Counted from the first letter of the whole stretch, positions 48,307 to 61,350 are shown. The stretch: 63,988 bases of DNA, filler included, from Choristocarpus tenellus KU-1152 (GCA_964200185.2; 8 parts of 8 records of this genome joined end to end with filler, not necessarily neighbours in it); one strand, 5' to 3'. Made by a program: numbers and translations. Notes: generated by a model not told the origin, from the sequence alone.

Positions 48307-51300
48307 CTGCGCTGTTGCTTGCTACGGACAGGATCCCCGTGATATTCATTGTCCCAGAGTTGTAGATTCGAATGACTCCTCCGAACCCTCCTGTAAAAAA
48401 GCAACATTAAGAGGCAATGTTTGAAATATGCCAAATGATCAATACCATTATATGTATGGATGTAATCAATATTCTGCGAGAAGTATCATCTACTACAAGA
48501 GGTTTTCGAAAATATGAAAAAAATTACAATTTGCATTGTTTGTTCCATCATCACAAAGCAGATTGCGCACATGGGGTTGTTCACCTGCCAAGAAAAAACA
48601 TCATATAAAACGAGAGTAAACTCAGTGTACCATTGAAAATAAAAAAAGATTATTCCAAACCGAAGAATTTTACGTTTATTATGGTGGTCTCACTCTGATC
48701 CATATTATCTACATACTAGAGGGCAATGTATTTGATAATCCCTATTCTCTATAAGTTGTATTTTTTTTACGTAACATTGTTGCATTATACTCCTTAACAT
48801 GTTGACATGTAGAGTTGAAGAACAAAGGAGAACTAAGCAAAGAATCAATGTGTCTCCTCTTGATCATAGCAGTGCTCTCTTTCAGTACTACCATTGTTGA
48901 TAGGATCTTTCATGTTCGACTTTCAAAATTGTACAGTAAATTGTAGGAGGTTAGACCATGTTTTAGATGCCTCCTGACTGTTGAACATGCAAGACACGAG
49001 TTTCCATTGCTCACCAGTTCAAATTGATACAGCCCATTTCACCATTATTACAAAAAAAATTACCTACATAGTAGGGATCAACTCTATTTTTTTCCCCTGG
49101 ACAAACAAATTTAACCGGGGAAAAGGAACGAAACCAACGGACTTACCAGCACTGTTACCATAAAAGGTGGAAATACCTCCGAAGTTGAGAATTGATGAGA
49201 ACGAAGCATAGACCCCAAATCCATATCCATCTGGAATATTGTCGTGGTGTTGTAGGAGTGAATTCAAAGCGGAAATTTACATCCCAGGAAACAGACCTGA
49301 TACTGTTCATCTAGAGTGTAGAGAAGGGTAAGGAGTAGGCAAAGTTGCTCATGTAAATTAAATATTTAGACATCTGTCCTTGAATGGATCAAATTTGTCT
49401 CAAGTTCAAATTCATACAACCCATTTCACCATTATTACAAAAGAAATTATCTACGTAGGGATCAACTCAATTTTCATTTCACCATTCTTACAAAAGAACG
49501 ACGCATAGACCGCCCCTGAAGTTCACATCGCAATCAGTGATCATACACACAGCTCCTCCATTTGAAACTGGAAATATGTCAAGGTATTAAAACGGGAGAT
49601 TCCTAGATAAGTTTCTCACCTCTCAGAGAGAAGATATCATGAATCCTGCAAATAGATCATGGAAAACGGATGAAGTATAGGTGAAGAAATTCCTTACAGT
49701 GATTGAGTTAATGCACCCATTCGTAAATTAATTCTTGTCTGTACCAAGTTGATCAATTTTGAGGCAATATATCAAACTTGAAGCTACACAGTTCACAGGA
49801 CAAACATACTATATCTTGATACCGACAATACCAAATGCATATAATATTTTTTAGCAGTTCAAAGTGCAGCCATGAACTCTTCTTACGAGCTTCTTGTGAA
49901 ACTGAATTTTAGATAGTGCTGGAATCAGGCTAAAATGTGATCTGATCCAATTCCACATTTGTCAGCCTCAAACACATCTGCATATACACTTTCTTTTGAG
50001 AGAAGGATAGCTGTACCAGAGAGCATCAGTTGAAATGGGCGTAGGATCGCAATATGAAATTTAGGAATGTGTGAGAGCGTTTCAGTGTCAAGTATCAAGT
50101 TCAGAGTCAATACGAAAACAGCTCACCCACCATTGATCAATTCCATTCCCAACTGCACATAAGCATTGGTATATAAATTTCTCTAAGTTATTAAACACAA
50201 AACGCATGACCTTACCAGCACTGTTATCATGAAAGATGGAATCACCGTTGAAGTTAAGAATGCATGAATCTTGAGCATAAACAGCTCCTCCCACAACATC
50301 TGGAAATGTGCCAACGGGTTACAGGAGGGGATTCCAAGTTACTTTCATCTCAACAAATAGAGATCATACTATGGCAAAAATGTGGAGATGGGTAAACTAA
50401 TCCCTTGTGGGGATTATCTCCATGCACATGTGCTTGATGTGTCCAAACTTTTTCAATATTGAGGCAATAAATGAAACTGTAAGGTATACTAGTCACTGAA
50501 GAAGTAGCCTAAGACTTGAAACCGTACAAGGGAGATGCGTATATCGAGAACCTTTTTCAACGCATTGAATCACCACCATCAAAAATATATTGCCAAAATT
50601 ATGGCAACGCCATTTCTTTTAATTCATTCTGGAAACAAAGTGTAATTTATCTTATCCGACTTCAATATTGGTCAGTCCTGACCAGATATGCATGTACTCT
50701 CTCAAGCACGAGAGTAGAAAGGTAGCACTGGACGGTATCATTTGATTTGGCGGTGGTGTTGCAATGGTTGAGTTGTCTACGTCTAGCAGGTTTCTATAAA
50801 CCAATTCTGTAGTTCAAAGTAAACATAATCACAGTTCACCCAACACTTGTTCCATCCCATGCTCAACTGTACAAGGACACTGGCGTATCAACTTATATCA
50901 TGACTGAAAGACAGAATGCACGGATCTACCTGCACTGTTCTTATAGAAGGTGGAACTGCCTCCAACGTTGAGAGTGGAGAAGTCCAGAACATACGCAGCT
51001 CCTCCACAATCGTCTGGAATTGTGTCGAGGAATTGCAGAGATGGGATTCGAAGTTCAGTTTCACCTCATAGCAAATTGAACCCATACTATGGAACAAGAA
51101 TGTGGATATGGGTACGGAATAGATCCACATGTTCCTAATGAGGATTAGGTCTATTCACCGATTCTTGAATAGTTGAGACTTGAAACCGTCAAGTGGAAAT
51201 TCATATACCAGCAACCCTTCCATCACAGACCATGTCATCACTTGGAATTGCTGCTGAAGCAAAGTACAAATCAAATTATCAAACCATAATGTAAATCATT

Positions 51301-52106
51301 CTCAACCCAATGTCCATGTGTTCTTCAGAGAGGGTGAGTGAGCCAAAGTATACGAGGGGTAACCAGGGCTACATTTCTAGGACGCCAACTTATATGTGCA
51401 AATTTTGTACAATACATGTTGGATATTCTCTGAATTCTGTTGAAAGGTTTGAAACAGTAGAGAAATCAACACTCGAGTACATTTTGACACTTTATCCATA
51501 CAAATATTGGTGAATTGCACAAGATTGGAAAAACTGACATGAAATGAAAAACTGTCAAAACCTGGATACCTATCGTTTGCTTCGACTCAGACAAAGAGTA
51601 AGACTGGAGGGCGTCGTCCAAGTTGGGTGATATATTGCAAAATTCGAGTTCATCCATAGCTCCACAGAGACGTTGGCAATAGTAGTGGCAGTGGCAGGAT
51701 GTTAGAGGTAGAGTGTAGGTCGAACCAAGGGAAAATATGAGATATTTCTTCCTATGTAGAAGATTGTTATTGTCTCTAAATATATCCTGGAAGAAGTAGA
51801 CAGTACATCGCACTATGGAAGGTTTAGTACGATCAGAAAAGACCATGCAGAATACTCACTGCCAATGAGCAATAATGTCGTAAATTCTCTAATCCCTCAT
51901 TCTAAGATTAAATGAAAAGAGGACAACAAATTTCTATACATGAAATGCAAAGGCTCTAGGAGATTCTTCATAAAAGCAAAACAGTTATCTCTGATTTGGA
52001 GCCACATCGTCCTTGCACTCACGAGCAACGTTGCCAACAAAGATCATATTGCCATCAGAGGAGATGGCCCAATTGTCCTGTCCATGTATAGCTCCTCCAT
52101 CATCAT
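48307..52106 (-). CDS. Pmp/adhesin-like parallel beta-helix repeat gene fragment: 84-bp exons at 52106-52023, 51013-50930, 50299-50216, 49230-49147, 48390-48307
   Basis: Each exon is exactly 84 nt, bounded by CAG and GT, phase 1-1. Translations: DDDGGAIHGQDNWAISSDGNMIFVGNVA, DDCGGAAYVLDFSTLNVGGSSTFYKNSA, DVVGGAVYAQDSCILNFNGDSIFHDNSA, DGYGFGVYASFSSILNFGGISTFYGNSA, GGFGGVIRIYNSGTMNITGILSVASNSA (first residue spans the junction). GGA[IV] and FxxN are the Chlamydia-Pmp-type repeat motifs. Confidence 0.82.
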
Positions 52107-52528
52107 CTGCAATTATGTGCAACCGTTTTCAGTTTTAAATTGGACTGTTGCCCTCATAAATCATCGTTTAGGATATATTCACATGAAGACACGAGTTTAT
52201 CAATTTTGAGGCAAGGAATTAATTTCGTGCTATTCAGGGCACTCCAGAAACAGCATGAGACTTGAAAGGTTCAAGGGGATAGGTATGTATCAAAACCTCT
52301 TTCAACACTCTAAATTGCAGCATTACAAAAATAATTCGAAAGTTCTATTTATGTCATTGCTTTCAATTGGTGCTGAAAGAAATGTGAACTCATTCAAGAT
52401 GAATATGAACGATCACGATCTAACCTGTATTGATTTTTTCAAGAGATCTATTAAGTAGATCTGGAGGGTAACAAACAAGGTAGGTGTGGAGTTACAATGG
52501 TGGAGATATGGGATTTAAGTAGAACAGC

Positions 52529-52702
52529 GACGCAAAGTATCTGGGGGGGGGGGTCTACACCAGAGTGTCCATTTGGACCAAAACCAGGAAAAGTGCACTT
52601 TTATTATCCATCCAACGTATGGAACCAAATCAACCAAAAATCGCGACATGAAAAAATTGGCCCCAAATGGACAGCTGCCACCCCCCCCAGATACGTTAAG
52701 CC
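52529..52702 (-). mobile_element. MITE family B copy
   Basis: GACGCAAAGTATCTGGGGGG ... CCCCCCAGATACGTTAAGCC; interior is the reverse complement of the 41615 and 55980 copies. Confidence 0.85.
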
Positions 52703-53049
52703 AGTGGCAAGCATTTTTGTAATTTAGAGACATTTTCAGTATACCTTGCTGAGCTGTACAAAGACATTGGCACTAGTAGCTGTAGTAGTAGAAAGAAAGA
52801 GGTAGTGTGTCATTCAAAATGACAGAAATGTGGTATCTCATGTTGTTCAGCAGATAGTAACTATCTGCGCACATCTATGTTTGGTGTTAGTAGACTAGTG
52901 AATCTATGTACAGAAAATATACTACGATTGTGATCACGATCTTCTATGCTGAAATGAGTATCCTTTGTGTGGAACAGCATCAAGCTTTCACTCACTTGCA
53001 ACATTTCTTGAAAACTTGGCACTGCCTTCGGAGAAAATTGTCGAAAATA

Positions 53050-55720
53050 TATATGCCGCTATAGCTCCTCCGTCGATCTCTGGGTTTGACGCGCTGAGAC
53101 TGATCCTTCCCTCACTAACATCCCTTCATATGGGAGGTGTCTGCCCAGTCATACCTCTCTCCAACCCTCCCCCACCCCTCAAAGGCCTGGGTTTGACGAA
53201 GAAAGGGGGGAGCAAGGGAGGCTTGCCCCAAGAGGTCAGGGAACAAGGTGCCAAAGACTTGAATGGGAGGTCACAGTACCATGGAAGTGATGGTGCAGGG
53301 CCTCAGGGGGCGCAAGGATCCAGGGACAGGATGCACACACACACACACACACCTTAATGGAGGCCCAGGTCACCTACCTCCACATATGCTACTATTGGGG
53401 GTGTGCTTTCCCCCAGCATTGCAGCAGCCCTAGATAAATGCTGAAGGATGACCTTGGATAGTTCAATTTAGATACAGTGAAGGACATCCAAAGTTTGCTC
53501 TGCATGGCCTCACGTGAATACCATCTCATGCCTGTGAAATCCTCCTACATGAGGTCAGTGCCTACTCTGGGAGTGGAAATGATATCCCCATGACCTGCTA
53601 GAATATCAAAACTCCTGGCAGTCATCCCAAGTCTTTTTCTGTCCAATTTTGACAATCATTTCTGCAGCAGGGTGCTTCACTAGGGTGGTCAATGTGGACA
53701 TTTGAGAATGACCATGTGGTTGGCTCCTTCAGCAAGTACAAAGGGCGATACGACACCTGGAGTCCAGAGTAGAGGACCGAATATCCAGCCAGCAGCAGGG
53801 AGCTGCACCTGGTCGTCATCTTGAGGGTATATTCAAGGCAGTGAGTGTCTTTATGACTCGCCCTGCTCGCCTGGAAATGAGGCACGCTGGAGCAACTCTT
53901 TCCTTACGATGAAGGACGGGTGAAAATCTTACAGCTCAGGCCAGGATCACCTCAAGGTGACCCATGAGGGCCCCTCCTATTCTGTCTCGCCACCTGAAAG
54001 GTACTGAAGAACCTTCAGACAGGTTTTGGCCCCCACGGGATCTCATGCGGCAGGTTCTTGAATGGCTTGTCCCTCTTCATCTCTAGGATTAATGCAACAA
54101 CCCTCGGAGCGTTGCAATAGCTCCGGGTGAATCTGCGAGGGGTGGATGTTTCTCTGAAATCAATGTGGAAAAGAAATGTACACATCAGGGTTACCACCTT
54201 TATAATCAGAGCTTGATCTTCATGGGAACAGCGGACGCCAACCTTGCCCCAGGCATTAATGGTTTTGTCATTATAGTTGCACTTATAGGCATGGAGAATT
54301 CTATCCGAGTCCATGTGGGCAGGAGTATTTAGAGCCCTAGGCTAATGAATCGAGCCACACGCCTCAGAGCAATGGAGGATAACCAAGTGGAATAGCCCTT
54401 CAATGCCTAGGCCCTTTCTCCCCCGTCTGGTAGAGGTTACCCAACTAAAATTGATAATTCCATCGTGCAGCAGTGATAAAGAAGCTGATGTTCCCAAGAA
54501 TTGTTTATGTAAATTACTCAATTAGATCCTTATTGGGTAAAACAGGTTGTAGATGAAGTACGGAAGGAGGGAGGAGTGAACATCCAAGTCCAAAGGGGGG
54601 GGTTCCTTGCCACCAAACCATTCCTATTCTTTGGATCAATGATCACTAATCACAGATTGCTTGCTACAATGTTTCTTATTCCTGAACTCTTCCATATTCT
54701 AGTTTTTAAACCCAACCATATCTTCTATTCATCAGAACACAAACATGTTCTCTTCATCCTTAGATTGCTTCTTACGGAGTCTTCTTTTACACGTGAATAA
54801 AAATGATATTAATTATATTCTTGACAAGAAGGCCGGCATCACTTCTTTCTGGTCACTTGAGAGGATTTTGGAGGTGGCAAAATCAAGCCAACATAATTTC
54901 TTGAGGGAGGCATCGTCCAACCACTGCCCAGTGACCAGATGCAGAAGACAGGGTATGAATCATAGGCATGCACAAACATAGCCTAACGAGTGAAGGTATC
55001 TTCGAGGTTAGAGCCGCGTCCGTTTGGGGACCAAAATCCAATGTTATGATTTTGATGTAATTTTGGCCATCGTGATTTTTGGGAAGTGTCAATATCCTTA
55101 TCCCGGACACACCTTTTCATAACGTATACATTTTACCTACTCCGAAACATTTCGGAGTAGGAAAATGTAATAAAAAGCCCGTGGGAAGCCAAGCCATAAA
55201 CGGACAAACAGGGCAAAATTCGTACCCTCTAAGATACTTTCACTTTAAAGCATGCCTATGGTTGGGCAACTGGGAGGGATCTGCAGGCAGGAAGGGTATC
55301 CCCTGCACCATGGAGGATAAATAGGAGTCCTTTCACTATTGACTGGAGTTTCCTCATAGGTGTAGCATACCTTGCTGGGGCACTGTCCAACACAGCCACA
55401 GCTCCCTACAAGAGGTCTCCTTCTCGATGTGGCCTTTGGAAACGCCCAAGTGGATACAGCCATATAAAAGACTCATCTACAAACTACAGCATTGTTGCTG
55501 CGGCTAAGGCCCAGAAGGTTAACCGCTACCAGGGATCGTTATTCTTGTAGTTTGAACATCACGGTGCTTTGAGCGTCTTGATGCTCAAGCAGTGCAACTC
55601 CTGGATGGGCTGGCAACTCATTCAGTGGTTGGTAGTGGGGCTGGGTATTTTAGTATATAGGGGGTGGTGAAGGCATGCCTACGACAGACTTTCAAGGCGC
55701 TTTTGATGAATCCCAAGGTA
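53050..55720 (+). mobile_element. Degenerate non-LTR retrotransposon (RT plus C-terminal restriction-like endonuclease remnants)
   Basis: Frame-broken remnants: ..QQGASLG.. (QGxPLG-like, about 53665) and GLLLDVAFGNAQ..IVAAAKAQKVNRYQGS..LLDGLATH (55410-55625), resembling the LLDVT..AA..K..KY pattern of RLE-bearing LINEs. Boundaries approximate. Confidence 0.45.
54988..55245 (+). mobile_element. MITE family A copy (flanks TAAC / TAAA)
   Basis: GAGTGAAGGTATCTTCGAGG ... TACCCTCTAAGATACTTTCACTT. Confidence 0.9.
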
Positions 55721-55979
55721 TAGACAATGGGTGGGTAAGCAAGGTAGTGCTTGATCGACCTGTTGGAGTCTTCCCTTGATTCTAGACTACCTTCGTATTG
55801 CCAGTCTAGGAGCAGCTTCATCAGTGCACATGTGCTATCACATGTTTCTCAGGGTTAATTAAGACAACATGCATTTACCTGTACATAGATTATTAGCAGT
55901 GTGGATAGACTAGGTTTCTTGTTTCAAATATGCTGCAACTACTGCAGTTGGGTGTAATGTTAAATCTTTATTGTAACCA

Positions 55980-56151
55980 GGCTTAAAGTATCTGGGGGGA
56001 GTAGCGTCCGTTTGGGGTCAATTTTTTCATGTCGCAATCTTTGGATGATTTGGTTGCATACGTTGGATGGATAATGTAAATACTCTTTTCCTGTGTTTGG
56101 TCCAAATGGACACCCTGGTGTCGACCCCCCCCCTCCCAGATACTTTGGGTC
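55980..56151 (+). mobile_element. MITE family B copy, TSD ACCA
   Basis: ACCA|GGCTTAAAGTATCTGGGGGG ... CCCAGATACTTTGGGTC|ACCA. Confidence 0.9.
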
Positions 56152-56949
56152 ACCAGTACAGACTCTTTTGTATTCCCGGTATTAGATCGGAANNNNNNNN
56201 NNNNNNNNNNNNNNNNNNNNNNNNNNNNNNNNNNNNTTAATTAATTAANNNNNNNNNNNNNNNNNNNNNNNNNNNNNNNNNNNNNNNNNNNNGGGAACGT
56301 TGCCCTTGATAACAGTTTGTAGGGTGTCAGATGTCCTTCTCTTCTTGATATTCCACTCAGTGCTTAGCTCAAAGCTCGACTCAAAGTTTCGTTCAAGATA
56401 AAAAGTAAGGACTGGAGGTAAGAGGGGTGATGGCTTGACCAAAAGCCCTCTTATTATTTTCATCATCCACCCAATTTCTTTGGTCTTCTATGCAACTGCT
56501 CTACATGTACTCCAATCATAAACCTGTATTCTGCAACTTCTTAGGGACTTTGACAAATGTTACGTATGCATTCCGAATCTTACTCTGTATCTTTTATGAC
56601 ATCACCATTTATTCTGTAAGGCTACCTATGTGTCACTAATACCGTGCATTGTTCGCACTTGTTAGAACGCGAGAAATAATACTCGCATTATACATCTGTC
56701 ACAAACGTTGGTATTTGCTAAAACACGGGAAGAAATGCTCGCGCTATTCGCGTGTAACAAATGCTCGCACTTAGTTGGAACACAAGAAGAAATGCTTGTG
56801 CTATTCGCCTGTAATAGCTGATGATGCTCGTACAAGCCTCCCAGGATACTCCAACAATCAATAGATCCAACAAGCTTAAAGAGCTCAGAGTCATTTGCCA
56901 CTTTAGTAATTTCACCTAGTCGATCCACAGACAATTCATAGGCAGGGTA

Positions 56950-59900
56950 TACCTTATTTACTTGAGAACTTGCATCAGTGGTTTTTGTACCCACATTTCG
57001 ACATATAGGACTTGCTGGCTCAGATTCATGTTTACAGCATTCTTCCAGTTGAGGACGTGACAACATATCTGGGATGTAATGTAATCTGCCAGGGTTATGA
57101 AGGACGGTAAAATCAAAACTTTGCAAAGCTAAGGCCAATCGAGTTAACAGATTGGACGTATCTTGCATCGTATGCAGCCACCATAAGGCTGAATGATCAG
57201 TGGTAACTGTGAATGTTTACCCCAAATATATGGTCTCCAATGTTGGATTGCCAGAATAACTGCAAGGCACTCTTTTTGTGTGGCAGAATATTTACGTTGG
57301 GAGGGGGAAAGTAAGGCACTATGGTATGCAATTATATCAAAATTGTCATCTTCATTTTTATGTGCTAAAAACGCCCCTGTCCCAACATTACTGGCATCTA
57401 CATAAATAAAAAAAATCCTTAGAAAAATCAGGAAAGTGTAGCCCTGGAGCCTTAGATAACAGTCGTTTGCATTCGTCAAAAGCAGTCTGGAGCCAAATTA
57501 TCTTAGAGGGTCGGGCTGCGTCCATTTGGGGGCCAAAATCCAATGTTGCGATTTTGATGTAATTTTGGCTATCGTGTTTGTTGGAAACTGTCGGTATCCT
57601 TGTTCCAGACACACCTTTTCATAACGTATGCATTTGAACTAATCCTAAACATTTTGGAGTAGGAAAATGTCATCAAAAAATACCCATGGGAAGCCAAGCA
57701 CTAAATGGACAAACGGGGCAAAACTCGTACCCTCTAAGATACCTTCACTCTCTGCTGTGGTCGATTCCATCTAGATGAGATATCCTTGTGGTCTTTCTTT
57801 GCTCGTTTTACGGAGGTGGTCTCTTTGTGTGACTTTACTTTCTGTGTATGGCGAATCAATTCAACCAACGGTTCTGTTGCTGTTGCTAGGTGGGGAATAT
57901 ACTTCCTAACAAAGTTCATTGAACCTAAAAACGATTTTAAGCCTTTTACAGTTTGAGGAGGATGCATCTCTAATATAGCTTCAACACGAGCTTGGGATAC
58001 AGCAATTCCTTGTGGGCTAACACCATGTCCTAAATAATGGATTTGTTTTGAGCCAAATTGAACCTTAGAAGGCTTTAACGTAATCCCTACATCTTGCAAT
58101 TTTGACAAAACTGTAGTGATCAACTGTTTATGGTGTGTCCATGATGGAGAGGCTAAAGCAATAACGTCTAATTATATCAACAAACCTGAGCTAGGACCGA
58201 TACTGGAAAAGGTTTCAGACATAAAGCGTTGGAAGATCCACGGTGCATTTTGTACTCCAAATGGTAACCTCTGAAACTCATATTTCCCATCCGGCGTGAT
58301 GAAGGCAGTTTTTTATCGTTCGCATTCATCAGTGATCGGTAGTTGCCAGTAGGCTGATTGAATATCTAAACAAGATAAATATTTTGAACCCCCCAACGTG
58401 GATACGCACTCATCCATGGATGGCAAAGGCCATGAATTGCGTATCAAATGTTTATTTATGGTTCCTCTAGAATCCACACAGAATCGGGGTGATCCATCTG
58501 GTTTGGCAACAATGGTAACAGGGGATGCCCATGGACTAGATGAGGGTTTTACATTACCCTGGTTCTCCGTATCAGTTACGCATTGTCGAATAGTGTCGCG
58601 TATTTTTGGTGCTGCGCGATACGGTGATCTACTAACAGGTTTAGTGGCTGGTTGTAGTGGAAAGTTAACAAAAGGTAGTGGTGCAGCAACCTAATTCTTT
58701 TTCGGACAATGAAAAGACTGGTCTGAATTTAGCCACTATATCTAGTAATTCCTTTTGTTCAGACATTGTCAGTTGAGTATTTGTAAAAGTCTTCTTAGAA
58801 AAAACCAACTTCAATTCCTCCCTAGCCTGCTTCAGTTCTTCAGGGGTAGATGGTGTGGCTGCCACTGCACTTACTGTGGTGTCTGACAAGGTATATGTTA
58901 TTGATACAGGTGAAACATGACCAACTACAAACTCTGCTGGTAACTTGATCCCGTTTTGTGACAAATTGGCAATTTTGACTAGACATCCTCCATCTTCTTC
59001 CCAAACAGTGAGGGTTCGACTGACCATAATATGTTGCCAGTGGGGATGTATGTCGTCCTCGTGCTGGAGGTCTGCGCCAGTGTAAATGATAGGTTCCACC
59101 ACTGCATCGGTAGCTGTTCCTCGAAGTGCCTGAGAACAAACTGGAAGAAGCGTTTCCGTGCCAGGGGGAAGGAATATCTTTTTTACTGTGTGCACTGGTG
59201 TAGCAAAATTCAGATGTGATTACTGAAATTGAAACATGGGATGCATTTTCAGTCTGGCAAAAATCCTTTGGGGGGGAACAGATGGGAAGGGGTACGATGT
59301 TGTGTTTGGCTGGGATGCATTGATCACTGTCTTTAAACGACATCTCCTCCCTATCCCAATCTAGCACTGCCCCAAATGCCGACATAATGCCGTTATCCAA
59401 CAAACTTCTATCTACTCCCAGATTAGGTATGACCACTGCTTGGACGGGCAATGATATGTCACCAAGTCGTAGTGTAAATTGAATGAAACCAGTTACAGAG
59501 AGAGGTCTACCACCTGCCTGCTGGAATCTCCCGAATGGGTGCCTTGCAAAGTGTTGGGTGGGCTTCAATGTATCTGAGAGATATTACTGGAATGTCAGTA
59601 GCAGTATCAACAGTAATACTCGTTAAAGGTTCATTTTCAACATACCCAGGAATTCTTTCGCGGCGAGATGGCACATTGAGCACGCGAGGAGGGCTAGAAT
59701 AGTATTGGATTGCTGATGTGTGCCAACAGTATGACAAAGTGGAACAACACATTTGAGATGTAAAAGACATGTCACCCACACCCAAAACCGGTTGTGGGGA
59801 AAAAGAAAGAGCAGATGCAACAGTTGATACATGTCCTGCTTGTGGCAACTTTTGGTGTGCTGACCTGGAGTATTTACAGTGTTGGATCTTATTTGCTCTC

Positions 59901-60840
59901 TCCCACATCTGAGTCTGCCCAAAGCACTAAGTCCCTAGTTTTCTTTGCCTTCCTAACCCTATAGATTCCAGGGAAACAGAATCAGTAGGGCATCTCTATA
60001 TTCTCTCATTTCTCACTCTCTCTCCTCCTGTGGTTCTATGTTACCCTGCAGGGGTTTATTGGAGGAATAATAGAGATTTCTGACAGGCAATACCTGTTTT
60101 GATCACCAATAAAAGTCGACAAATTGAACGCTTTTTGTGGATGTTGTAGATACACATGAGGGAAAGGTCTAACCCAATTTTGAAATTTGGCGACAGGGGA
60201 ATAGGACAAAGCCCGTGCACCAGAACTCATGGGGTAAGTTTTTGTGGGAAGATGCATCATGATCAAGGATCAAGTACCCAGCCCCAGCGAATATGGTTGA
60301 GGTAGGGTGGGACAATATACTTATCTTTGTATTTTAAGTTTGCATGGCCGCTGCCACCAAACCTTGGTCATACGAAGTCCCCTCCATTGCCTCATCGACA
60401 ATCTTCTTGGTGTAGATGAGTTGGCGATTCATGTACGTCTGGATATCGAACGTTGCCACCGCACTGTGTTCACCTTTTTCCTCGTGATCTTCTGTCAACA
60501 TGCTGAACTGGTTCAGGCCCGAATTACGGGCAGGGCTTTCCCTCAACCTCTGCTCCGACATCCCTTCCTGCTCCAGCGAGCCACCAGGAGTGCCTTTGTC
60601 TACCAATGTAAACGCGGGAATCGGTCGAGGTTGGGCATTAATGATACCCCCCTCATTACCTCCATCAGTTGTCGTGCTTAAAGTTGCCTTCTTCCCTTTC
60701 CTTATAGCCGACTTCTCCTTGTTGTTGGCATTAGATGTGGAAGTAGGTGTGGGAGTGGTAACGTCAGACATATTGCGACGTGAGTTAGCCCCCTTGAACA
60801 CTAGGCATGAGTACCACTGTGGAAGTGTCAAAGGTGCCAA
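56950..60840 (-). mobile_element. Degenerate Ty3/Gypsy LTR retrotransposon (gag-like, protease, RT, RNase H; integrase not seen)
   Basis: Protease ITVDTATDIPVIS..LLDNGIM; RT SSPWASPVTIVAK, SAYWQL, TAFITPDGKYEFQRLPFGVQNAPWIFQR, LKPSKVQFG..IHYLGH; RNase H YVDASNVGTGA..YSATQKECLAVILAIQHWRPY..H.PG. Many frameshifts. Confidence 0.93.
57490..57750 (+). mobile_element. MITE family A copy inserted in Gypsy pol, TSD TCTG
   Basis: TCTG|GAGCCAAATTATCTTAGAGGGT ... TACCCTCTAAGATACCTTCACTC|TCTG. Removing it and one TSD restores WNRPQQ-TAFDECKRLLSKAP. Confidence 0.95.
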
Positions 60841-61350
60841 GTTCTGTGCTCAAGGGGGCAATCACAATCACCGGACTGAAACTCCTTCACCTCAGAGGGT
60901 GAGACCGAGTTTCAAAGGCCTTGGCTCAACATCTCAGAACAGATGAGGAAATCCAGTACAAGAACAAAAACCATAAAACACAACAGACGTTCCCGAATGA
61001 CTGAGCAACGTCAAAGCGAAGAAATGGATCGGTCAGAATCGGAATGGTTCTTCGTTCTGATAGTCCATTTCGGCTGTTTGGTCAAATCCGGATTTATGGG
61101 TGTGGTTGGTTTATTGGACTGGTCGGTATGGATGAGCTCAAAGGACGTGGTTGGCGCGCACAATTATATATGACTGTGTGTTGTGTGTTGAAGGAGGAGG
61201 GAATGGGGTTGTGGAGGTGATGGAGGAAGGCGACGACGGCACACGAGACANNNNNNNNNNNNNNNNNNNNNNNNNNNNNNNNNNNNNNNNNNNNTTAATT
61301 AATTAANNNNNNNNNNNNNNNNNNNNNNNNNNNNNNNNNNNNNNNNNNNN

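Noticed and set aside
60820-61250. Gypsy 5' LTR and primer-binding site
   Set aside because: No matching second LTR and no clean CA-TGG junction visible.
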